The notes beneath the pieces are model-generated. The model had not been told where the DNA came from and did not search any database. It worked only from the letters and a program-made list of their open reading frames with translations. Position numbers and translations under genes: made by a program. 64,000 nucleotides of DNA from an uncultured virus (IMG/VR IMGVR_UViG_3300028195_000003) (taxonomy: Duplodnaviria > Heunggongvirae > Uroviricota > Caudoviricetes). Location: IMG/VR virus record IMGVR_UViG_3300028195_000003. One strand, written 5' to 3'. This document shows, piece by piece, positions 9,450 through 15,825 of the stretch; position 1 is the first letter of the stretch, and every line of letters begins with the position of its first letter.

Positions 9450-9613
9450 TCACGAACAAGAGAGAGCGGGGGAGTACGAGGTTGTCTCGAAAAAGAGACC
9501 GATTTCAAGTCGGTTGCGTCTGCCATTCCGCCATTCCCCCATAGTGGTGGGGGAAGTAGGACTCGAACCTACAGTTTTTCTGAACTCGCACGAAGTTTCT
9601 CTCTCGTCCGTGA
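9450..9613 (-). ncRNA. Circularly permuted tRNA-like gene (anticodon TGA, Leu-like body) enclosed by a long helix
   Basis: In transcript order, the T-arm, acceptor 3' strand and ACCA (9572-9545) come first, then a 4-nt linker CTAT, then the acceptor 5' strand, D-arm and anticodon arm (9540-9498). Flanks 9613-9599 and 9464-9450 form a 15-bp helix. Confidence 0.8.
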
Positions 9614-9616
9614 AGA

Positions 9617-9692
9617 TGGTGGGTAGGGCGGGAGTTGAACCCGCGGTGATGCGATTTTCAGTCGCATGCCTTACCAGCTTGGCTACCTACCC
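9617..9692 (-). tRNA. trnF: tRNA-Phe(GAA)
   Basis: TGCGA-CTGAAAA-TCGCA anticodon arm, 76 nt, CCA. Confidence 0.95.
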
Positions 9693-9699
9693 GGATAAA

Positions 9700-9789
9700 T
9701 GGAGGAGGCGGAGGGATTCGAACCCTCGAGGGCTGTCAGACCCTGCTCGCTTAGCAGGCGAGCGCCTTCGACCGCTCGGCCACGCCTCC
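9700..9789 (-). tRNA. trnS: tRNA-Ser(GCT)
   Basis: CTCGC-CTGCTAA-GCGAG anticodon arm, long variable arm, CCA. Confidence 0.95.
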
Positions 9790-9795
9790 GTTGTG

Positions 9796-9888
9796 GCCTC
9801 CGGCCACCGCTCACCGCCTACCGCTCACCGCCTACCGCACAAGAGCGGTGAGCGGACAGCGGATAGCGGATAGCGACGAGCCGCAGGC
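9796..9888 (-). repeat. Heptamer-repeat long hairpin, copy 2
   Basis: Near-identical to 9251-9343 (offset 545 nt). Confidence 0.85.
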
Positions 9889-9896
9889 TCGTGAAC

Positions 9897-9984
9897 TGGC
9901 GGAGACGGGGGGATTCGAACCCCCGAGGGTGTGACCCCTACTCGCTTTCCAAGCGGGCGCCTTAGGCCTCTCGGCCACGTCTCC
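9897..9984 (-). tRNA. trnS: tRNA-Ser(GGA)
   Basis: Loop TTGGAAA, long variable arm, G73-CCA. Confidence 0.93.
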
Positions 9985-10052
9985 TGAATCGATCACACAG
10001 CGTCGCTCAACGAGCCTCGAGCTCGGAACCGGACACCGCGTATGAAGAATGA

Positions 10053-10145
10053 TGGTGGGTGAGGAGGGAATCGAACCCCCGACGGTCATTACAACTCCGG
10101 GTTTACAGCCCGGTACGGCCTATACCAACAGCACGACACTCACCC
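10053..10145 (-). tRNA. trnY: tRNA-Tyr(GTA), enlarged D-region
   Basis: CCGGG-CTGTAAA-CCCGG anticodon arm, acceptor GGGTGAG/CTCACCC-A-CCA; 93 nt. Confidence 0.88.
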
Positions 10146-10147
10146 AA

Positions 10148-10235
10148 TGGTGCGCGAGGTGGGCTTCGAACCCACAAATGCCATGGAGGCTCCGGTTTTT
10201 GAGGCCGACGCGTCTTCCAGTTCCGCCACTCGCGC
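10148..10235 (-). tRNA. trnL: tRNA-Leu(CAA)
   Basis: Loop CTCAAAA, Leu-type D-arm, long variable arm, A73-CCA. Confidence 0.93.
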
Positions 10236-10300
10236 ACAGAGACAGAACGGATCGATCCTGACGATCGATCCCAGCAATCCATCTTCTGCACGATATTGCG

Positions 10301-10311
10301 ATGTCAAAGAA
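10301..10311 (-). promoter_or_regulatory. boxA-like antitermination site
   Basis: TTCTTTGACAT resembles rrn boxA (TGCTCTTTAACA). It lies between the attenuator and the first tRNA. Confidence 0.55.
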
Positions 10312-10326
10312 TGAAGATCCCACACA

Positions 10327-10364
10327 GTAAAGCCCCCTCGCGGCGGGTGCCGGAGGGGGCTTAC
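10327..10364 (-). terminator. Attenuator terminator hairpin (3:4)
   Basis: AAGCCCCCTC-CGGC-ACCC-GCCG-C-GAGGGGGCTT followed by TACTGTGT (imperfect U-tract). Confidence 0.75.
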
Positions 10365-10392
10365 TTTCGTCTGGGCGGGTGAGATACCGTTC

Positions 10393-10485
10393 CTACGAAG
10401 CCACCTCCGACTGCACGTAGAGCAGCCAGCTGCTGAACGAGCAGCTGAACAAGCTGGTGCGGGAGGTGGTCTGAACGTGGGTCAT
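10393..10485 (-). CDS. Leader peptide of tRNA operon, MTHVQTTSRTSLFSCSFSSWLLYVQSEVAS (30 aa)
   Basis: Hand-translated, ATG 10485 to TAG 10393. Codons 11-23 all match anticodons of the downstream array. It lies between promoter and terminator. Confidence 0.85.
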   Translation of the reverse strand: MTHVQTTSRTSLFSCSFSSWLLYVQSEVAS

Positions 10486-10524
10486 GATCTTCTCTGCCCG
10501 CTGAAACGCCGGGCTCACGTGACA

Positions 10525-10553
10525 AGGCTATCCGTGGCCCACGGGGGTGTCAA
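10525..10553 (-). promoter_or_regulatory. sigma70-type promoter of the tRNA operon
   Basis: TTGACA-17 nt-TAGCCT about 40 nt upstream of the leader ATG. Confidence 0.8.
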
Positions 10554-10596
10554 GCGAAGACCGAAACTTTTTCCACCAGGAGTAGAGAGATGGTCC

Positions 10597-11907
10597 CTAC
10601 CCCCTCCTCCTGGTGTCCCAGACCCAGGCCTTGTCTCTGGTCCGGGTGATGCCGGTGTAGACCATGCGCCGGATGGTCTCGGCGTTCTGGGCCCCCTGCT
10701 TGGCTCTCCACTCCATGGTGTCATCCAGCACGAGCGCGACGAGGGGCCACTGGGAGCCCTGGGATCGGTGGTAGGTAATGGCGTAGCCATAGTCGACGTG
10801 CAGGTAGTGCTTGTAGGTCAGAGCCCGCAGCTGCTTCGAGAAGGGGTAGAAGTGGTCTCCGTACTTGGTCCCGATCAGGCCGGGCTGAATCCAAGCCTTG
10901 CCGTGGTCGAGGCCAGCGCCTGACAACCGCAGCCTCAGGGAGGCCATCTGCTCCGGACCGACGTCTCCGTACCACTGCTCGGCATGCTTCCTGGCGACGC
11001 TCCCTGGAGGGTAGCGACCGTTCCACATCTCCCCGAAGGTCCCCTCGATACCGAGCACCGTGAGCGCCTCCCCGTTCATCCAGCCCAAATCCTTGTTGTT
11101 GTGTCGACACAGCAGCTTCTCACCGACCACGACCGGGCCGAGCTCCCGGTAGCCCATCATCATCCTGATGAGCCGGTTCAGCCCGGCCACGGACTTATTG
11201 GTGAAACAGATAACGGCCACATCGATGCCCGCCTCCATCTGCTCCACGGCCCAGGCTGCCACGTCCGACAAGCTCCCACGCCGGCGAACATAGAAGGGCT
11301 CCACACTCTGCTCTGGCAGCTTTCCACCCTGGCGAACCGCAGCGGAGATGCGCAGGATGGGATTGCCCTTGGACTGCCGATGAATCTCGGTCAGGACCGC
11401 GTCGGGGTTGTCGAAGTCCGGACCCCAACCCTTGCCGCTCACCGGAGGAAGCTGCTCCCGGTCCCCGACATAGATCAGGTTCGACCCAGGCGGCAGGTTG
11501 TCCTCGATGGCGCGATCCAACACCGTGTCGACCATGCTGGACTCGTCGCAGATCAGGACCTCGCCACCCATACAGATCTGCACGGGGTTGTAGAACACCA
11601 CCCCACCATCGTCCTTCTGGCTCACCCCCCGGTACAGTCGGGAGTGGACCGTGGCCACCGGGCGCGGACTGCGGCCCTCCCGTAGCGACATGATCTCACG
11701 AAGCCGGTTGGCAGCCTTCCCTGTCGGTGCCATGTAGGCCACCGGGCGGCTGGCTTCCATCAGCCTGTCCTCGAGCATGTCCACGATGGTGGACTTGCCA
11801 CTGCCGGCTGGGCCGGTCAGCACCAGCTTGCGCTTCCCCTGCATCACGCCCCTGAACAGCGTGTCCAGAGCGATCTCCTGGTCGGGGCTCAATGTGATGA
11901 CGCTCAT
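10597..11907 (-). CDS. Dda/RecD-like SF1B DNA helicase
   Basis: Walker A GPAGSGKS, APTGKAA, DESSMV, GDREQLPPV, LTEIHRQ, YAITYHRSQGSQW, YTGITR. Confidence 0.93.
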   Translation of the reverse strand: MSVITLSPDQEIALDTLFRGVMQGKRKLVLTGPAGSGKSTIVDMLEDRLMEASRPVAYMAPTGKAANRLREIMSLREGRSPRPVATVHSRLYRGVSQKDDGGVVFYNPVQICMGGEVLICDESSMVDTVLDRAIEDNLPPGSNLIYVGDREQLPPVSGKGWGPDFDNPDAVLTEIHRQSKGNPILRISAAVRQGGKLPEQSVEPFYVRRRGSLSDVAAWAVEQMEAGIDVAVICFTNKSVAGLNRLIRMMMGYRELGPVVVGEKLLCRHNNKDLGWMNGEALTVLGIEGTFGEMWNGRYPPGSVARKHAEQWYGDVGPEQMASLRLRLSGAGLDHGKAWIQPGLIGTKYGDHFYPFSKQLRALTYKHYLHVDYGYAITYHRSQGSQWPLVALVLDDTMEWRAKQGAQNAETIRRMVYTGITRTRDKAWVWDTRRRG

Positions 11908-12341
11908 AGAACGACCACCAGGTCCATCGACTCGCCGAACTCCTTCTTCCGGGCATAGGATAGGCCGTCGACCAGGGCCTTGTAGCTATTGAGGTCGTCC
12001 GGATCATCAGAGATCAAGATAGGGATATTCCTCTCCACCTCGGCCTTGGCTGGCCTCAACTGCATCCCCGTCAGGTACCTCAAAAGCTTGATGGATGGGA
12101 TCTTGCGTGTGGATGTCTGGCTGTTCGGAATCAGCCATACTCCTGAACTCTCGATCCCCCAACGCGCCACGAGCTCGTCCGTTTCATCCCTCACGGACTC
12201 GTAGGCCTGCACGGCCTCGACGAGCTCTCTGTCGATCAGCTCATGCCTCCCAGAGTGAGGCGCCCGCGTCGTCAACGTAACGTAGTTGACCGCGGCCTCG
12301 ACAACACGAGCACGCAGCTCTGACAATCCCCGATCGCTCAT
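11904..12341 (-). CDS. Protein with ribosomal bL12 (L7/L12) C-terminal-like domain
   Basis: KIPSIKLLRYLTGMQLRPAKAEVERNIPILI resembles the bL12 KI.VIK.VR..TGLGLKEAK.LVE..P motif. Confidence 0.6.
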   Translation of the reverse strand: MSDRGLSELRARVVEAAVNYVTLTTRAPHSGRHELIDRELVEAVQAYESVRDETDELVARWGIESSGVWLIPNSQTSTRKIPSIKLLRYLTGMQLRPAKAEVERNIPILISDDPDDLNSYKALVDGLSYARKKEFGESMDLVVVL

Positions 12342-12490
12342 CAACGCTCCCAGACAAGAAAAAAGAGTGAGACGGTCGAGGGTCCGATTTCTCGGGACAG
12401 GAGGAACCACCCAGCACAACCCGGGTGGCGAGAGCTACGGAGCCCTCCAACCATCTCATGTAGAACATATATGCCACTGACCGTAGCATG

Positions 12491-13405
12491 TCAACGCTTT
12501 GAATTGATTTCAACGATGCGGCGCCGCACCGACCACCGCTTCAGCGCATCGGCGACCTTCAGCAGGTCCTGCTGAACGCGCTTCTTCTCGAGGCGCTCCT
12601 CCTTGCGCAACGCGACGGTCTCCTCCCTGGTACCGCCTGGGCTCTCCAGTCGTAGCAGATAGGAAGGATGGAAGGTGGGACGCACCGGGATCGAACCACG
12701 GTAGACGAACCAGTTGCCGCGGAAAGAGTGGATACTGCCAGGACGATTCAGCAGCATCCGGGTCGCGAAGACCCCCAACGTCACGATGACCTTGGGTTTC
12801 ACGACTCGAAGCTGCGCATCCAGAAAACACCTGCAGGCGTCCATCTCGGATTCGCTCGGATCTTCGTTCTTGTCAGGACGGCATTTTAGCACGTTGATGA
12901 CATAGACTTCGTCTCGAGAGAGCTCCAGTACACGCCGCAGCATCCGGTCCAGAATCTCCCCGGATCTACCGATGAACGGCTCCCCACCGCGCTCCTCGTT
13001 CTTGCCTGGAGCCTCACCGATCAGAACCAGATCAGCGGTGGGACTGCCCTTGCCAAAGACGATGCGACCCCCCACACGCTCCCGGCGAAGGCCCAGATCA
13101 CAACGCAGACAGCCCTGAATCTGTCTCTCCATCCCGTCAAGCTGACCCCCCGCCCCGAGTGCGGCCGAAGGAAGAACGAGATCCCCGTTCTGATCCAGCT
13201 GCGCCTCGTCCTCCGACCAGACGACCTTGGGACCATCCGTCTCACTCGAGACGGGCGAAGCCTTCGTAGCATCATCCCTCGACCACTGCTTCTGGTCGTA
13301 GTTGTCGCCACGGAACTTCGCGCCTATGGAGACGAGCGAGGCCTCGATCCGGGCGATGTCATCGTCCAGCTCACGAAACCTTCGCTCTTCTTCTGCGGCA
13401 GCCAC
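12491..13405 (-). CDS. Uracil-DNA glycosylase family 4 with N-terminal extension
   Basis: CLRC, IGEAPGKNEE..GEPFIGRSG, NVLKCRP, TFHPSYLLR. Confidence 0.93.
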   Translation of the reverse strand: MAAAEEERRFRELDDDIARIEASLVSIGAKFRGDNYDQKQWSRDDATKASPVSSETDGPKVVWSEDEAQLDQNGDLVLPSAALGAGGQLDGMERQIQGCLRCDLGLRRERVGGRIVFGKGSPTADLVLIGEAPGKNEERGGEPFIGRSGEILDRMLRRVLELSRDEVYVINVLKCRPDKNEDPSESEMDACRCFLDAQLRVVKPKVIVTLGVFATRMLLNRPGSIHSFRGNWFVYRGSIPVRPTFHPSYLLRLESPGGTREETVALRKEERLEKKRVQQDLLKVADALKRWSVRRRIVEINSKR

Positions 13406-13408
13406 GGG

Positions 13409-14215
13409 CTATCCCTTGGTCGCGGCCTCTGCGCGATACTTCTCGGCACGAGCCCGCAGCTCTTCGATCTCCCGATCATCGACCTCGTCAGCGTCCTCAG
13501 GCCGCTCCTCGATGGCGGGCAAGCCGCTGCTGCGGACCTTCTCCACCGAGTCGCTCATGAACTGGGCACCGACCTTGGCCAGCTTCCTGGACATGGGCAC
13601 GACCATGCGCAGCAGAGGCTCGAGGGAGTCACGAGAGACCGCCTCCAGGGCGAACTCACACCCCGCCTGCACGTACTCCACCTTGGGGAATCGCTCGGGG
13701 AACATGTGGGTCATCTGCAGCAGGAACAGTGGAGCGACCAGCTCAGCGACGGGGCGTCCCATCGGGGTCTTCATCAGGTCAGGGTAGTGCTCTCCAAGCA
13801 GCTCCTCCACCAGGTCCACCAGCTCCTTGTTCGCCGCCGAGGCGGCGGCCACCTTGGTGCCGTGAAGGCCGGCACGTGCCAGCACGCCCAGCGTACTGCG
13901 GGCTGCGCTCTTTCCCTCGGACTGTTCGTTGTTGTCGCTCATCTCGCCCTCCTCGGGGCCGGAGGATGTCGGTTCCTCCGGTTGTGGTTGTTCGTCGTCG
14001 TCAAAATCGATTCTCTGCTGATGCGGGTCCTCCCCCGGAGGGGGCCTCTCCCCTGTACTGTGAGCCGCCGTGGACCCCTGCATCCCGAGGATCTTGCGTA
14101 GGACATCTCTCCTCTGGGTGTTGCCTTCCTTCTCTGCCTGACTCATGGCCCTCGCCAGCCTGTCTTCGAAGCTGCCTGTACCACCTCTGATCTTGGTGTA
14201 TCTATCGACGCTCAC
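13409..14215 (-). CDS. Hypothetical protein, paralog of 14212..15300
   Basis: Shares ARAGxHGxxVAAAxxANKELVDLV and GCExAxEAVxRDxxEPL blocks with the neighbour; overlapping stop/start. Confidence 0.75.
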   Translation of the reverse strand: MSVDRYTKIRGGTGSFEDRLARAMSQAEKEGNTQRRDVLRKILGMQGSTAAHSTGERPPPGEDPHQQRIDFDDDEQPQPEEPTSSGPEEGEMSDNNEQSEGKSAARSTLGVLARAGLHGTKVAAASAANKELVDLVEELLGEHYPDLMKTPMGRPVAELVAPLFLLQMTHMFPERFPKVEYVQAGCEFALEAVSRDSLEPLLRMVVPMSRKLAKVGAQFMSDSVEKVRSSGLPAIEERPEDADEVDDREIEELRARAEKYRAEAATKG

Positions 14216-15300
14216 CGGGCGACCTCCTCGGCGACCCGCTCGTGCACGACCTCGTGCTCGAGCTCGCCATGGTCCTCGATCCGACCGACGGATCTGACGT
14301 TGTCCATCTGACTCCGCATGGCGACCGAGCCGGCCTGAGCCAGCTGACGCGTCATGGGCACCAACATCCGGAAGAGGGGCTCGATACCGTCCCTTGCGAC
14401 CGCCTCGACCGCCAGCTCGCAGCCCTTCGCCACCAGCTGCTCCTCGGGGATACGCCCGGGATAGCTGTTGAGTAGCTGGATGAGCAGCGACGGTAGCGTG
14501 AGCTCCACCAGGATCCTTCCTGGGCCTGTGTTCAGAGCCTCCGGCCAGTGCTCGCCGGCCAGTGTCCGGACGAGATCCACCAGCTCCTTGTTGGCCGTAG
14601 CCGCGGCCGCGACCTGGGCACCGTGACGGCCCGCCCTGGCCATGACATTCAGGGTCTGACGCTGTGATGACGCGGGGCGAGCCAGAGCACCGTCCGAGGC
14701 AGAGAAGTCGACCAGATCCCTGGAGACACCGACATCTTCCTTCTCGGACTTGCCCCTGAGGGCCATGATCTCGTCGATGACGCTGTCCACGTCTTGGCGC
14801 GTAGTCGGGTTGTCGAAGTCCTCCGGAGACATGCCCCGTTGGAGGGCCTCGGCCACCGTCTTCGGGGCCACTCTTCCCTTGCCCTTACGGAGGACTCCCA
14901 TCAGCGCTGCCCGTTCGGTCACGGTCAGACCGGAGACACCGACGCCTCCCGCGCCATCTCTACCGTCGCGCATGGAAGGCTTGTGCGTGAGTTTGGAGAT
15001 GGCCAACTCGGTCGACAGGATCTGACGGTGCTCGACCTCCAGCTCCAGCAGGCGCTGACGCGCCTCGAGCTCGGCGATCTCCAGCTCGGGATCGGTCGTG
15101 CGACCCGGTATCCTGCGATTGGAGATGGACGACAGCTGACGCTCAAGCTCGGCCCTGCGCCGATCCAGGCGCTTCTCGCTCTCCTTCACTCTGGCCTCGA
15201 ACTCGCTCACGATTCTCTCCTCGAACCATAGACCTCCGGCCTTTGCTCTCGAACGGTCCGTCCGACGATCTGCCATCGGTGGTCGTTGTCGGTAGCCCAT
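14212..15300 (-). CDS. Coiled-coil hypothetical protein, paralog of 13409..14215
   Basis: 362 aa, GGAG RBS, downstream of promoter 15325-15353. Confidence 0.75.
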   Translation of the reverse strand: MGYRQRPPMADRRTDRSRAKAGGLWFEERIVSEFEARVKESEKRLDRRRAELERQLSSISNRRIPGRTTDPELEIAELEARQRLLELEVEHRQILSTELAISKLTHKPSMRDGRDGAGGVGVSGLTVTERAALMGVLRKGKGRVAPKTVAEALQRGMSPEDFDNPTTRQDVDSVIDEIMALRGKSEKEDVGVSRDLVDFSASDGALARPASSQRQTLNVMARAGRHGAQVAAAATANKELVDLVRTLAGEHWPEALNTGPGRILVELTLPSLLIQLLNSYPGRIPEEQLVAKGCELAVEAVARDGIEPLFRMLVPMTRQLAQAGSVAMRSQMDNVRSVGRIEDHGELEHEVVHERVAEEVAR

Positions 15301-15324
15301 GGGTCTCCGTTTCGTTACCCGAGT

Positions 15325-15353
15325 AAGCTATCCCCTTCCACTCACAGTAGCAA
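15325..15353 (-). promoter_or_regulatory. sigma70-like promoter with YAC-N5-GTR operator
   Basis: TTGCTA-17-TAGCTT. Confidence 0.65.
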
Positions 15354-15825
15354 GGATTTCCTCATGGGAGATCGCGAGTTCCTGAAGATGCGGCCGGATG
15401 TCCCGCTTCGCCTGGTCGTGCTCACGGTACAAATCGTGCGCCATCTTGTCCAGGCCAGGGACAACCGAGCTGTCAGCCCCTGGCTGCTGCGCGTCGATGA
15501 CGGCCCGCTCGGCATCGTGCCAGCGGTGCTCCAGCTCCGAGAGGACCTGCAGCATCTCCAGCGCTCTATTCTCGTAGAGATCCCTGGCCTCCAGCGTATC
15601 CAGGGCCTGCTGCAGGCTGTCGAACATGACCGCCTCACGGCTCGTACGCCCATCGCTCGTCAGAGACAGCATCAGTCCGGGGATCGTGCTCGAGACGAGC
15701 TTCATGGACCACCTGTACGCCACACAGCGGTAGCGGGACAACACGAAGCGTCCCTTGATCCAGCTGCACACCCTCGGGCCGGTGTACGTGTTCGTCCAGC
15801 CACTGTCGGGAACGGGCGCCGTCAT
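15328..15825 (-). CDS. Hypothetical protein
   Basis: 165 aa, GGAGG RBS, ATGA overlap with the upstream gene. Confidence 0.65.
   Translation of the reverse strand: MTAPVPDSGWTNTYTGPRVCSWIKGRFVLSRYRCVAYRWSMKLVSSTIPGLMLSLTSDGRTSREAVMFDSLQQALDTLEARDLYENRALEMLQVLSELEHRWHDAERAVIDAQQPGADSSVVPGLDKMAHDLYREHDQAKRDIRPHLQELAISHEEILATVSGRG

Noticed and set aside
9503..9509. Selenocysteine or opal-suppressor tRNA (TCA)
   Set aside because: TCA is the plus-strand reading. The RNA is on the minus strand, so the anticodon is UGA.
9465..9598. Canonical bulge-helix-bulge splice motif or self-splicing intron at the permutation junction
   Set aside because: I could not draw a clean 3-4-3 BHB, and the flanks (about 40-50 nt) are far too short for a group I/II intron.
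9450..9613. Two-piece tmRNA (ssrA)
   Set aside because: The permuted topology is the same, but it has a full D-stem and anticodon arm, no G3:U70 pair and no room for a tag reading frame.
9251..9888. CRISPR array
   Set aside because: The repeats are 7-nt units within hairpins, with no unique spacers and no cas genes.
8842..10325. ORF-track ORFs across the tRNA array
   Set aside because: They are spurious translations of tRNA genes and spacers.
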